DNA of 64,000 nucleotides from Chrysomallon squamiferum (GCA_012295275.1 CM022666.1:15872001-15936000), one strand, 5' to 3'. Numbered from the stretch's first letter, positions 1-48,876 are shown. The notes: a model not told the origin generated them from the sequence alone. Made by a program: numbers and translations.

Positions 1-577
1 TTAAAAAAACCTTAAAAAAAACTAAGAAAAAGAATTCTTGCAGCTTACTCAGCTGTTGTCATAATAACATGGCAATAATGATTTTAAAAAGATTTTTTAA
101 TAATTATTCTTTATATTTTATTTTAAATCCTTTGTGCAGACCTTTCTTAACTGATAATAATTTTTGAATTTAAAAAGATATATATATCTGTATAAAATAA
201 TAATAATAATAATTTTTCACTTTCATATAGTTAAAAAGAAATAATAATGTTAAAAATTAGAAATATATATATATATATTCATCACATGCAATTAAAAAAC
301 AGAAAACCATTATGATTAAGTCACCTAGATAAAAAAATATTTGGCAAGAAATTAAAAACATATTTTTTAAATAATTAAAAGGAAATGAAAATAATATATA
401 TAAAAAAACTGTTATAAAAATATATCAATAATAAAATCAAATCAAATAGAAAATATAAATAAATAAAAAAATAAAATCAAATAAAAATGATAAAAAAAAG
501 TTAAAATAATAATAAAATGTTATGAATGAATGTGGAATGTACATGTAAGAGTTTTGTGCATTGCAGTGACCAGATAG

Positions 578-31894
<31,317 letters not shown>

Positions 31895-32059
31895 GGCGGG
31901 TTTGGGGATCTGCGAGAACGAGTCAGCGGACGCTCACTACGCGATCCTTCCCCCTCTTGTGCATTTCGCCGAGTTATGTCACACACAAAAAGAAACCACA
32001 GGTGTTTGTGCTATTTTTTTCTTTCGTTCTTTTTTTTTTTTTCCTCGCTCTCTGTGTGT

Positions 32060-32120
32060 GCGTCGATCTCATTGGCTGACGCTTAATATAGCCCGGCTCT
32101 TTTGATTGGATAATTGGCGT
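32060..32120 (-). promoter_or_regulatory. Putative anosmin core promoter (TATA-like box + CCAAT boxes)
   Basis: Minus-strand TATATTAA at 32083-32090 and CCAAT at 32105-32109, 32113-32117 and 32071-32075, about 190 nt upstream of the ATG in a CpG-containing stretch. Confidence 0.5.
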
Positions 32121-32463
32121 GCGGACACACTTCCATTCATAGTCTGATGATTTAAAGCAGCATGCTGCATTCCTCCATGTCTCAGTTTACTGTCGGCTCG
32201 GCTCTTCACTCGCTACAAACATCGCATTCAAAATAAAGTTAACTGATATAAAACAAAAACAAAGAGAAATGAAAGATAACATTTTGCGTTACAGTCATCT
32301 TTTCCGTCCCTGCTGTCTGTTGGTGCGTTTGACAGCTGGCGAAATTAATTAAATTTGTCTGCAAAAAATCATTTTTAAAACATGTGTCGATTAATTTTTA
32401 AATGCATTAATCAAAGTATTATGCAATATGCGACACATATTTTTTTTTTTTTTTTTTTTTTTT

Positions 32464-32499
<36 letters not shown>

Positions 32500-32552
32500 C
32501 ACGACCAATGAAATGTCTGTCTCTATCTTTTATACTGTTATTTAAAAAAAAT

Positions 32553-32613
<61 letters not shown>

Positions 32614-32621
32614 CATCATCA

Positions 32622-32685
<64 letters not shown>

Positions 32686-32850
32686 TTTGTTTATTTATTT
32701 GTTTATTTATTTATTTTTCTGATGTTCTGGAAACTGTAATTAACAATATTTTACTAAGAAATTATTTCTGACATCATGTAAGTTTTAAAACATAATAAAT
32801 AAATAAAGAATAAGAGTAAACAACTGAAACTTTCATAAATTAGTCCTTAG

Positions 32851-33506
<656 letters not shown>

Positions 33507-33657
33507 GTTCCTCACATAATCGTAAAAGTGACAAAACAAAATAAAATTCTATAAAATAAAATTCAAATAGGATTTACTTTAATTCGATCATCCAGTGCGT
33601 AACTTCACACCCAGGGTTCAATGACCGATGACCGCAAAAGTGAACTGTATAATCTTT

Positions 33658-33729
<72 letters not shown>

Positions 33730-33735
33730 TCTCCT

Positions 33736-33773
<38 letters not shown>

Positions 33774-33950
33774 TCTCTCCATCTCTTTCTCTCCATCTCT
33801 CTCTACATCTCTTTTTCTCGCTTTCTCATTTTTTTTTACCCCTTTTTTATTTTCTTCTTCTTATTATTTTTAAAAAATCTTTACATAATATATTCCAGTC
33901 TTTCTTTCTTTACATTGTATTTCCTATCCTTTTTTTCTCTCTCTCTTTTT

Positions 33951-33983
<33 letters not shown>

Positions 33984-34392
33984 CATGTTGACAAAACATC
34001 TATAATTATAGAGACCCGTTGTTCTTTGAGCGCGTTCAAATCTGCCGCTCCGCTAGGAAAGTTGTCTCACGCGAAGCTTTTTGTTTACGTGACCTCTCGC
34101 GTTTTTCCGCCACCTCCCCGGCTCGGCGGCCGTCGGGAATGTCACGAGCGAGCACCGAGCTTTATTGGCAGGCTCGGGATCTTTCGCTCAACAATTGGAT
34201 TATTGTTGAAAATCGGATTTATGCAAGTTTTAGAAATAAGAGTCACAATGTAGCTATGTGACTTAGCAGTTTTTGCGGGATATATTTTTTTATTTTTTAT
34301 TTTTTATTTTTTATTTTTTATTTTTTATTTTTTCATTAATTTTCCTGTTGTTGTTGTAGGTTGTTGTTGTTGTTGTTATTATTATTATTATT

Positions 34393-34428
<36 letters not shown>

Positions 34429-34482
34429 ATTATATCATTTTTCTATCTTGTTTTCTCGGGTAGATGGTGCTGGTAAATGAAA

Positions 34483-34540
<58 letters not shown>

Positions 34541-34767
34541 GGATAAAAGACTACTGAAATAAATCAAGTTTGAATTTCCACATTTTAATTTCTGTTTAAA
34601 CTGCTTATATAAATGTCTTCGTTAATACGTAAAACACGTGATAGTGGTGTAAATAAACTTTCATTATTCACTAATGACGTCATAAAGCTTTGACGTCATC
34701 TTTCAATATGGAACACTTGCAGGTTTTATTTTTTATTTTTATTATGCTTTAATCGATTATGTTTGCA

Positions 34768-34871
<104 letters not shown>

Positions 34872-35020
34872 GGCTGCCGCTATAGCTTTCATGATGGTGA
34901 TTATTAATAATTTTATATCGGCATTACCTTGTGTATTGGTGGCTCTATAATTAAATTATTATATTACTATTATTTTTATTATTTTAATGCTATCATTGTT
35001 GTTTCAGAATCAACGTCACA

Positions 35021-35077
<57 letters not shown>

Positions 35078-35308
35078 AAAATTTTCTGAAAGGAATGCTA
35101 ATTCATTATGTAAAGATGTCAAAGGTCAGCCGGCAGTTACTCGAAATCCATTCATTACAGTATTAATTGACGTAAAAAAAAAAAAAATGCCATAGGCTAT
35201 TGAAAATATCAGTGACTGGCTTCTGTTTCACAAACTAATTTATTTCTTCTACATATGTTATCCTTTAGGAAATCAGACAGAGAACGACACAGAGAGCAAA
35301 ATAAGGTG

Positions 35309-35377
<69 letters not shown>

Positions 35378-35616
35378 GTGGTAGATAGTATTTTAAACAG
35401 ATAGATAGACAGACAGACAGAAACAGATATATAGATAGACAGACAGACAGACATACAGATATATACGTAGATACGTAGTCAGGTAGATGTTGATAGATGC
35501 AGAGACAAATATCCACACTTCAACTTCTAAGTCTTAAATAGTTAAAACCTGTATATATATATATATCTGCTTGTCTGTCTAGCTACCTAATTATCTGTCT
35601 ATCAGTCTATCTGTCC

Positions 35617-35693
<77 letters not shown>

Positions 35694-36337
35694 CCTGTAT
35701 AACTCTTTATTTTAAAGGTCTACCTCTGACGGACAGCTGTTTGACAATATAAAGAGATCATAAAAAAAAAATAAACCGATATAAAAACAAGCAGAGATCT
35801 TCTTTCTCATGTCACGTGACTACCGCTCACTTTGAGTGATTTTGTGTCCAGCTAAAAACAGCGCATAATAAAACTGCTACTGCGTGATTGTTATTACGCT
35901 ATTAGCATCATAAAACAAAATATTTTTCCTGGCAAACTTTGAACTGAGTCATTAAATTACAGCGTCCGACTGTGAAGAACTGGGAGACGGGGGCAAAAAA
36001 AAACAACAACAAGAAAACCTTTCAAATTTAAAATAATAATAATTAAATAATAAAATAAAAATAATAACAACAACAACAACGATAACAATAATACTGATGA
36101 GAATGATGATAATGTTAGTGATCATAATAATGGTGGTGATGATGATGATGATGATGATAAAAATAGTAATAAATAAATAAATAAATAATTTAAAATGTTA
36201 ATAATAATAAGGAAGTTTTGAAACCTTTCCTTCTTTTCGTTTCAATTTTATTTTATTTGTATTTTTATTTTGCGATTTTTTTCTTCTTTTTTTTTTCTTC
36301 CCTTATGATTATTATTATTATTGTTATTATTATTATT

Positions 36338-36388
<51 letters not shown>

Positions 36389-37149
36389 TCTTTGCTGATC
36401 TATTTATTTAATTAGGATTATTTTTCTCAGTGTTTACTTACACAGGTTAGTTTGTACAGCTGTGAGAGGACTGAATTACTCGACTGAATTCTGAAATGTG
36501 ATATTTTGTGTTTATAATGAAACTCATTTCATCGCGATAACTGTATTCACCTCAGACAGACTGGGCTAATCAGAATGTCTGATATATGAGTGGTTTAGCT
36601 AATCTATGACATTAGGTGTCCTGTTTCTTATTATTAAAAAAATCAAGAACGAAACAAAATAAAGAAGAAGAAAGTTATCAAACTTAATAATCGTTAATAT
36701 TTTATTACTGTTTTTATGATTTTTTTTTTTTATCAGCAACATAATCTTCTTCTTCTTCTTCTTCTTCTTCTCTTTCTTAAATTCTTATAAACTTGATACT
36801 GGAAGCAAAACTGCTGTGAGCAATTTTCAAAGACGGGCCACAGGAAACACAGGACATTTCAACATGGCGGCCATTTTGAAATAATTCGTATTTGTTTTCC
36901 TAATTTGTGCCAGACGTCGCAGCGTCTGTAACAAGTGAATCCCTGACAGTGGTAACAGCAGACACGGCGTGTTTAACTACCCATTCAGCTTTAATCTACT
37001 GCAACACGGCGTCACAGCAGAGAGACACAGTCTAGACATGTGGACGATCCCTTTGCCCTCGTGCGGTGATCTGTGTACGTTTTGTTATGAAATAGCATTT
37101 ATTGTTATTGTTATTGTCATTGTTATTGTTATCGTTATTATTATTATTA

Positions 37150-37191
<42 letters not shown>

Positions 37192-37212
37192 TATTATTAT
37201 TATTATTATTAA

Positions 37213-37291
<79 letters not shown>

Positions 37292-37306
37292 TTATTATTA
37301 TTATTA

Positions 37307-37345
<39 letters not shown>

Positions 37346-37613
37346 TTATTTATTTATTTATTTATTAAATTTTTGGGGAAGAGGGTCTGTAGCGTGCGAT
37401 CGCAGTGTTGTCTATGTGCGGACTCTAATCAGACGTACAAGGACAATAGAGTATTCCTATCTAAATACACACACATACAAATCAGTCACACACACATACA
37501 CCCATACACACGTACCTCCACACATGTATTTATTGATCTAGTCAGTGAAGCAAGCCGCTTAGAATGTTAACAGTCAATGAATGTACATTCAGATGCCGTC
37601 TTAAATAAATACA

Positions 37614-37743
<130 letters not shown>

Positions 37744-38214
37744 CACACAAGGTCTGAATGAGTCAGACTGATAGGTATGTATGTTGTTAATGAAACACTT
37801 CGTTCACGTCTGGACTCGTTTCGCAGTCTGTTTTATGTTGATTACTACGAATCATTCAGCAGAGTTCGAGTGTTTAACTCAGTCAGTGAGGTGGCTCGTA
37901 ACAATCATTATCAGCGGACGTCAAACACGTCGCCGTTTTCTACGTTTTGTTCACGTCTGCAGTCCTGTGATGTCAACAACTTGTTAGACATTAGATACTT
38001 TCACTCAGAGTGCAACACCACGACTACTGCATCAAATCCAACAGCTTTGTGTGTTTGTGTGTGTGTGTGTGTAGAAATTATAGACAGAATTACAGATAGA
38101 TAAATAGATAGACAGACAGATAAATAGATATGTGAACTGTTATTTAAAATTAGTCATTTACTCACTTACATCTTTATCTGTATTAATATCTGCGACCACG
38201 TTTATGCATAAAAT

Positions 38215-38351
<137 letters not shown>

Positions 38352-39016
38352 ACAACTCTTTTATTTATTTACTTTTATTTCTAATTTATTGATTCATTAT
38401 TATTATTATTTTTTTTTCACACACACACACACATATATATTGCATCATTTAATCATAATACAAATGTGTTACTGTTTAGCAATATCAATTTCAATCCCAG
38501 ATTATTTCACCATCTCATCTTCTGTATATCTGTTTGTCTGTTTGTGTGTTTATCATTCTAATTCTCCTTTTATGAATTTCTTCAATCAGTAATCAGGGTT
38601 TGCACTGATGACACAATTTGCTTTTATTATTATTAGTATTACATCAGTACTATAAATAACTTGTCACTAAGTTTCTAAAAATAAAACAGTTCATTTGTAT
38701 TGTTACATGTCAAACTGACCTCTTGATTACATAAGTCTGTACTGCAAAATAAACACCAGAATATTAATTTACATCTGTCTAGCTGTGTAATGAATTGTAT
38801 ATATCTCTTATATACATATATATCATGAATTAATTACTACCAGTACGTTTGTTTAACAATGTCCTGTAATCTTTGCAGTATAAGTAGACGAAGATGTAAC
38901 CTGATGAGGTGTTTCACAATCAAAGCAGCCATAGTCTCTTATAAAGACTAGAGTATTTCTTTCGTTCGTTTTTTGTTAAATATTATCATCATCATCTTCA
39001 ACATTATTGCTATAAC

Positions 39017-39088
<72 letters not shown>

Positions 39089-39285
39089 CATCATCATCAT
39101 CATCATAGTCAACATCATCATCATCATTATGATTATTATCACCATCACGATCATTATTATCATTATCATTATAATTGATATTATCATCTTTGTCATTATT
39201 ATTGTCATTAATATTATCATCAATACTACTACTAGTACTACTCTACTTCGTGCTGTTGTTGTTACATGTCTAGAGAAAGACAAAC

Positions 39286-39349
<64 letters not shown>

Positions 39350-40012
39350 ATTTATAGAGAGACAGATAGACAGACAGATAAATAAACAGATATATAGAAA
39401 TCTGTCTCGTACACAAAACAAGTGTTTCATATTTGTTACTGTATGAACTGTATTACAGTTGTGTTGTGTTATATTGCAATGCATAATTAATTTTATATCT
39501 TTTGTAAACCTGTAATTTTAAACATATGTACAGAATTTTCTGTCTGTCGTATGTTATGACATACACACAGACGCACGTACACGAACAGTCAACTGACGCT
39601 GAGAAAAGCTGTGAATCAGTTTAATAAATCTTTGACAAAACGTAACCGTTGATCAGATTTACGCCAATTAATCCGTCTCGAAAGATGAAACTGTAGACTT
39701 TTTCAATTAACAGCGCAGACTGATATATATATTTTTTTTTATACGTAATAATCAGATGAAACCTCTGATCTCTGGTTTTGCTGTGTTTGACCCGGTGTAA
39801 ACACTAAAATAGCTCTCTGTGTCAGAGTATTACAGATCTGAATCGACTGGCTCGCCCCGAAATTAAAACACGCGGTGATTGTACAAAAAAAAATCTGCCA
39901 CGTCATTATGAAGTGGATCATTTCACGGATGGGGTATCGTTTACCATCAGCCTTTTGTCAGCAACAAACGGGAATTACTGCTTCGTAATGAAGCGAAAAC
40001 AGGATGAGCCAA

Positions 40013-40048
<36 letters not shown>

Positions 40049-40879
40049 CTCCACACGTCTGCGCATGCGTCAGGTGTAGAAACTTGATACTGGTCGTCGG
40101 GTTACATGTTATTTTCGACATTTTGTATCACCTTCTTTATTCCAGACCACGACACCTTGAATTTTATAACGGTACATTCAGAAATTAACGAATACAATGC
40201 GCTCGCTTTGAATGTGGCACAACCGGAGTCGTTTACCAACAGCCAGTAAATTTAACATTCTGTAGGCGTTTTCTGTTTGCTGTTTAGTTTTATATGTTTT
40301 ATGACAAAACCCCTGAAACCTGAACCTTTCCTCTGCTTTGTTAAGTGTCAAAATTATTATAATGGGAGGAGTACATTTTTTTTATTACTGTAATATATAC
40401 ACATACATGCATATATATATATATATATCTGTATATATAATCAAAACATATTTTGACACTGTTATATCAGTTCAATAAATATATTAAAAAATCTGCATGT
40501 ATATCTATTTACAAGCATATACAGGTTTTAATAGTGCTGTGATAATATTTTGAATGTACTGGGATCAAATCTGGAAAACTACTGTTGCGTATATTTAAAT
40601 AGAGAAGTACAGGGTTGCAATAACTAACTAACTAACACACTAACAATATTTTGTAAAGGTAATTCATGCTTCTAAGTTTCATGTCAATATCAGCCTATCT
40701 GAATCTTCGAATCCTATTATTACTTCTACTACTGCTACTACTACTACTACTATTACTACTGCTACTGCTACTGTTGCTACTACTACTACTACTACTACTA
40801 CCACTACTACTTCTGCTCCTACAGCGGCAACTACTAATAGTACTACTATTTCTATTAATACTGCTATCCCTACTGTTAT

Positions 40880-41660
40880 TGTTCCGCTAATGCTGCTGCT
40901 ACTACTACTACTACTATTACTATTCCAACATCTACAGCTATTCCACCTGTTGCTGCTGCTACTACTACTACTACTATTACTATTCCAACATCTACAGCTA
41001 TTCCGCCTGTTGCTGCTGCTACTACTACTACCACTACTACTAATAAAATTACTTCTGCTGACACTGCTACAACTACTACTACTATTACTATTCCAACATC
41101 TACAGCTATTCCGCCTGTTGCTGCTGCTACTACTACTACTACTATTACTATTCCAACATCTACAGCTATTCCACCTGTTGCTGCTGCTGCTACTACTACT
41201 ACTACAACTACTGCTAATAAAATTACTTCTGCTGACACTGCTACAACTACTACTATTATTACTATTCCAACATCTACAGCTATTCCTGTTGTTTGCTGCT
41301 ACTACTACTACTACTATTACTATTCCAACATCTACAGCTATTCCACCTGTTGCTGCTGCTGCTACTACTACTACTACAACTACTGCTAATAAAATTACTT
41401 CTGCTGACACTGCTACAACTACTACTACTATTACTATTCCAACATCTACAGCTATTCCGCCTGTTGCTGCTGCTACTACTACTACTACTATTACTATTCC
41501 AACATCTACAGCTATTCCACCTGTTGCTGCTGCTGCTACTACTACTACTACAACTACTGCTAATAAAATTACTTCTGCTGACACTGCTACAACTACTACT
41601 ACTATTACTATTCCAACATCTACAGCTATTCCGCCTGTTGCTGCTGCTATTACTACTACC
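40880..41660. repeat. Higher-order minisatellite built on (CTA)n with two sub-units
   Basis: Unit X tattccaacatctacagctattcc(a/g)cctgttgctgctgct and unit Y taataaaattacttctgctgacactgctaca, arranged roughly XXY repeated. Confidence 0.9.
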
Positions 41661-42334
41661 ACTACTACTACCACTACTAATAGCACTACCACTATTAATG
41701 ATACAGATAAATCTAGATAAACACACACTTAGACACCAACCACACATACAGGTAGATAGATAAACACAGACATATAGACAAACAGATATACAGACATACA
41801 GACAGATTTAGACAGACACCTGGACAGATAAATACAGACATACAGACACACACAGATATACAGAGACATACAGAGACACACAGATATACAGAGACATACG
41901 GACACACTCAGATATACAGAGACATACAGACACACAGATATACATACAGAGGCACAAATATGTACATACAGACAAACATACACTGATGTACGTACCTACA
42001 AACACATATCGGGCCATTCGGACAAAGACAGCAGACCTATTAGAGAGGTAAATATCATAAACACTTTATTTTATTGCTTTGGTCTGCTGAATATAGCAAG
42101 GTTAATAAGTCTGCATCTTGCGGCGACTCGAAGAAAAAAAACTAAATAAGTTTTATGAATCCCCCATCTTCACACGACATCAGCCATTAATGATAATAAA
42201 GAATGATTGTTACAACATTTGACGTTTCAGTGATACAAAGGTAGTTTTCTCTTCTTTGGTGACGTCACCTCGTAGATATGTAAATATATTAAAACTAGTG
42301 TAAATGATTGCTGAGATTTTAAAAATTTTTTAAA

Positions 42335-42382
<48 letters not shown>

Positions 42383-43499
42383 TATTTTTTTATAATTTTT
42401 ATTTTATTTTATTTATTTTTATTTATTTATTTTTTATTTGTTTTATCAACTTAGAAGTCATTTAGTTAGTGACGATCTAGTCAAAAAGACTTCTTATTTT
42501 ACTTAATCATTACAAGTGCTACCATAACTGTCTGATTACTGGGTATGTTTTATCATTTTGCTATATACGACATGACGTCATAATGTCAGCCTCCGTGCGT
42601 CATCGGATGATAATATTTCACTGTCTTACTTCGTTTTTGTTATAAACAGAACTAGCAAATGCAAAAGTGTATATATTTAACCTGTTATTTATCTACCACT
42701 TCAGATACACTTCACAATGCACCAAAAAGTAAATATTTCCATAAATCTACGATTCTGGGACTAAACATATATTAAATATAAAAAATTTCACAAATAACGA
42801 AAATACAAAAATGATACCGATATCTTTTTGTAAATTGTAAATTCAGCAAGAAAAATCGTCAATAAATCAAACAAGCCAAACTAACACAGAGATTGTATTT
42901 AAAAACACAACATCTACAACGACTCTTTTCTTGTCCTTGGCGTCATTTTCATTAAAAATTCTTTTAAAACAGCGTTCCTAACAGTGGCATCTAAATAGAC
43001 ATCTCATATTTTTCATATTTTATGGCCGGGATACAATTACAGGTCTTTCTTTTTTTTTTCTTATTTATTTTTTCTTTTTTCTTTTTTGCTGAAATAACGG
43101 TACATACGCCTCTACCTTTCCTGGACGTATGAACAGACAGCGCTAGATTAATGTGCGTCTCTTTTCATCCTCAGAAACAACACAAAGGCCAAGTCGTCGG
43201 GTAAATAGTTTTTTTTTTAAAGAAATTTTGTCCTCACGTTTCACGGACGTCGAATCCTTTATTCCCGTTATACCCCCTGCTCCGTTACAGCATCTTATAA
43301 CGGTTTTCTTATCTGGTAATTGGACGCTGCGATGTTTGTGTCGATACAGACCGCTATGAAAACAAGGCGATGAGAAGAGAGGCTGCTGGTGGATGTGTTG
43401 AGTTTCAGTGTCTGAAACACAATAGACGTCTGTCAACATCGCAACTCAACCGTTACGTACAGGTTTCAAAACTGCGGTTTTCTGCTTTTGTTGTTGTTA

Positions 43500-43985
<486 letters not shown>

Positions 43986-44134
43986 TTACTGTCATCATAA
44001 TAATTACCATCATTATCTATGTTGCTGTTGTTGTTATTTTCGCTGTAGTCGTTGGCGTCAATCTAGTTTTCAAGTGGGTTATGTATACAGAAGCGAAGTA
44101 CTGTTAATTTATACTTAAAACACTTTACGTCCTG

Positions 44135-44587
44135 GGATACGCGAAAAAAGGCACTTGGAAGAAAAGGCACCTGAAAAAAATAAATGTTATTGCTTATTGA
44201 CATTTTGTAGTAGGTGAAGTCCTACTTACAAAAACAGTTCATGATTGCACATAAAAAACACACGAACAATATTTGAGATAATGATTTAATGTCAAAATAA
44301 TATAATCTGCAGCTAATATCATATTTAATATTTGTTGACAGTTCATAATTAAACTCACTCAAAAGAAATGTAAACCAAAAACACCCCCCCCCCAAATACA
44401 TACATACATACATGTATATATACCCCCCAATATGTGTGTATATTATGTTATGTTTGAATTATGTTTGAATAATATCATTCTGCAGGATATTTTATCTATG
44501 GAATGCATATTAACATTAGGTATATCTGTATGAATATGTCTGTATGTATGAACGTGCAAGCATACATATAAGTATGTATGAAAGCGT

Positions 44588-44633
<46 letters not shown>

Positions 44634-45085
44634 ACGCGCACATAGATGCACGAGTACGTACGTACACATACAGACACGCACACTCACAATTCCCTTGGTG
44701 TTTGATCATGATAACATAATCAGTTAAGTCCAGCTCATAAAAACAGTTGATAACTGCTGGTCACCGAATCTGGTGGAAATCTCGTGGTAACCAAAACCAA
44801 GTGATTGAGTGGTGCTATGTATACTGTAATTTTAAATATGATAATGACGTCATTGTTGTGATATTAAACTCTGATGTAATACTGTAATCTGTTAAGCAAA
44901 ACCAAGTTGTCGAGTGATGCTGTATATTAATATACATGTATGTAACAATATTGCATTAATAAACTGTATTTTCAAAAGTACTGTATTTTTTTTTAAGCAA
45001 CTATACAGAAGAAAAAAAAATATGGTGCCATTTTTCGCAAATTTGCAGAGTACTATTTCTTCCGGGTGCCGTTATTTCCTACACA
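44135..45085. mobile_element. Possible decayed non-autonomous DNA transposon with GGCAC subterminal repeats
   Basis: gcgaaaaaaggcacttggaagaaaaggcac (44141-44170) is inverted relative to gtgccatttttcgc..tttcttccgggtgcc (45025-45070); no TSD identified. Confidence 0.3.
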
Positions 45086-45334
45086 CATACGTCATTTTAG
45101 GTTTTTTAATTTGCGTTCTGTTATAGCAAACCTATGGTAAGGTAAATTATACTTTTTAAAGTTATTATTTCATAAAATGACACAATATGTATATACATTT
45201 ACTACAGGTATAGCTCAAGTATCAAGCCTTTCCTAAAAATAAAGTATGAAAATTTCTATAACAACCTGGTGATGCAGACTGGAGGCTGTCGTTATTTTAT
45301 TGTTTTGAGAAATTATTTGGAATATAAAATTTTA

Positions 45335-45420
<86 letters not shown>

Positions 45421-46035
45421 GCGGACTAATTTATGAAAGATTTCAAGTGTTTACTCGTTTAACAAATTTAAAATTCTGAAGCTTATTTTTTTTTTTTTTT
45501 TTTTTTTTTACTTGTTCTCACCTTCACGGGCAAAGTTTAAGCACAGAAGTTTTAAACGAATATGAAAACGTTGACCTTGCACGTACATCCTGTACTTTTG
45601 CGCTGACGGAATTACAGTTTTCTGATTAATTTTGTGATATTTCTGTCAGTAATTCCCTCCCTGTGTGGACCGACGTTACACGTTTCATTTCCGCTGAAGC
45701 GAATCGTAATTCAACTCCCGTTAGAAAAAAATAAATAATACAAAAAATAATAATAAGAAAAAAAAAATATGAAAGAAGAGAAAGAAAAGTCTGTAAGCAA
45801 TTTTTCACGTGCCGTTTTTTTTTTTAATATTATTATTATTATTATTTTTTTTTTTTCATTATCTTAAAAACTTCACCGTTGTTAGAATGTCGCGGTGTTT
45901 TTGCAAACAGTGACCTGGAGGTCAGTGGCACGTTACGCATGCGTGAACAGCCGTTATCTTTAATGTATTGTAGTCTGACTGGGATGTTGAGTACGTTTCT
46001 CATTATGAAGCGATTTTTTTTTTAATTTCTTTCTT

Positions 46036-46069
<34 letters not shown>

Positions 46070-47932
46070 CTTTTTCAAGAAAAGAAAGAAGAAAAAGAAT
46101 AGGCGTTTCCTTCAAATATCTTGAAAGATTACCGTGACCCCATGCAGTGTCACTTGAAAGAATTTCATTTTGTCGAAAGACGCAACAATCGTTGCACAAA
46201 CAGAACGCAGCTGCGTTAAAGTGTGAAGTGGATTTTCATCCGAAACGAATAAAATAATGAATCGGAAATTGGGGTGAAAGAATGTGTGTCCAAACTACAG
46301 AGTTTTAGTATTTCTTTCATTTCTTATCTTCTTTTCTTTTCCTTTTTTTTTCTTCATTTCTTTCTCTTTTTTTTTTTTTTTCTTTCTTTCGTTCTTTCTT
46401 TCTCTTTTTACATGGTTACTAACACTGCACCAGCCGTGAGGTAAATGTCCGCACTTTGTGCAAAACCAAATCTACCATCAAACTTTATGAAAATTCGGGC
46501 GTGGTACAACAACATTTTTGTAACTGGGATTAGCTTCTGGATTAAAGGATCAGTCCCCTTTTGAGCCGCCACTGAGCTATCTCCTGATCCAAACAAAAAT
46601 ACTGTGACTTTTCATTATTATTATTATTTTTATTTTTTTTTTTTTTTTTCCCCGCTATTATCATTCTTTTGTCAATAAAATTATAAACATGTTTTTCTTC
46701 AGAGGTATGGAAATTTGCTGAAATCAGGTATGATGATGATGATGATATAGATTAGCACACAGAACTGTTGTTTGTTTGGGATTCGTACTTAAAATCAGTC
46801 TTGAATGAAAAAGAAAAGAAAACAGCAAACTGTTTGCTGTCAGATGAATTTAGAGATTTAGATATTGCTGTTCTGTTCCTGTTACTATCACTGCTAATCA
46901 AAATTTACTATTTTATTTTTCTATTACAATCATTTCTAGTGTTAGTTCTATTACTGCTGCTACTACTACCACCATCACCATTACTACTACCACTGCTACA
47001 ACTACTTCAGCTATCACCACCACCACCACAATTACTGCTGCTGCTACTACTACCTGTACTTCTACTAGTACTGCTAATACAACAACCACTACTACTACTA
47101 CTACACATTTAAGAGCAGCATCATTTCTACTAAGACGTGGTTATTTCTATCACTTCCACAAATGTTAATACCGCTGCTACTATAACTTCTACTGCTACGG
47201 CAACGACTGCTACTGCTACGGCAACAACTGCTACTGCTACTATTTCATCTTTATAACTTGTAAACTTACACTAATAAAAGTTGTATATTTAAAGATGTTC
47301 GTTGAATCTTTGCGATAGTAATCTATTTCCTAACTCTGTAAAGAACGCATAGTAGTTGTTGTAGTAGTAGTAATATAGTTGTAGTAGTAGCAGTAACAAT
47401 TGTAGTAGTACTAGTATTATTAGTAATAGTAGTGGTATTAATTAATTTCTTGTCTAATACAGCTGATCAAGTTAAAATATGATGACACTCATTGTTTTAC
47501 ATTATATAGAATGATTTTAATATAGTTAATAAAGAAACAACAACAACAACCCAACAACTTAATGGTCGACAGTAGTAACAGTAGTAGTAATAGTAGCAGT
47601 CGTCTGTTTAGTGTAGTAGTAGATAGTAGTAGTGTAGTAGTAGTACAGTAGTAGTAGTATTAGTAGTAGTAGTAGTAGAAAGAACTACTAGCAGTAACAG
47701 TAAGCGAAGAAAATTTTAGATTTAGCTTGTTTTGTCAATATTAAAGTACGCTTACGTGGGCATACTGTCGACCCTGTTGGTCTGTTTAGGAAAAAGATAG
47801 TGTGTTACAACAGAGTTTGCTGAGCCGAGGAAAAAAGATTGAGAAAAAAGAGTCAGAGACAAGGAAAAAGAGTTCAAAGAAAGATTGAAGGAATCAGAGA
47901 GAGAGAGAGAGAGAGAGAGAGATACAGAGAGA

Positions 47933-48051
<119 letters not shown>

Positions 48052-48149
48052 CGATTAGTTTTGACTAAACCCAAGAACCAAATGGACGGACATCAGTGAA
48101 TGCGGTAATCCTGTGAGTGAAGTACAAAGTGTGGTTTATAAATGAACAA

Positions 48150-48189
48150 ATATAAAAAAACACGGTGACGGAGAATAACAAGTTTTATT
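48150..48189 (-). terminator. Candidate filamin polyadenylation signal (implies ~3.1 kb 3'UTR)
   Basis: Minus-strand AATAAA at 48184-48189 followed by a GT/T-rich element (GTGTTTTTTTATATTTGTTC) at the end of a non-repetitive block. Other AATAAA occur in between, so this site is uncertain. Confidence 0.4.
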
Positions 48190-48483
48190 GAGGAAGCTGG
48201 CTACATTCTTTACGACACAGTTTAACAGTCGCTTTACGACTGACGTACTGTACGTTCACGTTACACACTCTTCACATTGCACAAATCGTAAAGCAAACAA
48301 AATTTCTACAATTTAGTTTTTTGTTCGTATTCATCTAGATATTTATGTTATATGTTTAGGACAGAAAATGAACAGATGGATAAGTTCTGACATTTTAAAA
48401 AAATGATTGGGTTTAAAACAAATTAATATTCAGTTTAAAAATTCCAAGAATATGTTGTTGTTGTTGTTGTTTTTTTGTTTTCT

Positions 48484-48532
<49 letters not shown>

Positions 48533-48876
48533 TTAAATTAAAAGTTAGGGAAAAATAAAGGGAAAAAAAATCAAAGGAAAAAAAAACAAACAAAAAAAAA
48601 ATTAAAAAAACAACAACAACAAAAAAAAACCTCCAAAAAAAAAAACAAAAAAAAAAAGAAAAAAACAACAACAAACAAACGTTTAAAATATGTCTTCTGA
48701 AACAATAAAATATTTTTATGTCAGTTTATTTTAAATGCAATTAAATCAAGCTAATATAACGAATATAATATGATAAAATAGAATAACTGTAATAATAATA
48801 TGTTATGATACTTTATTTTTAGGAAAGTTTATGCTCCGTTCACGAATACGTATATCCCTGCCATTACATATATATA

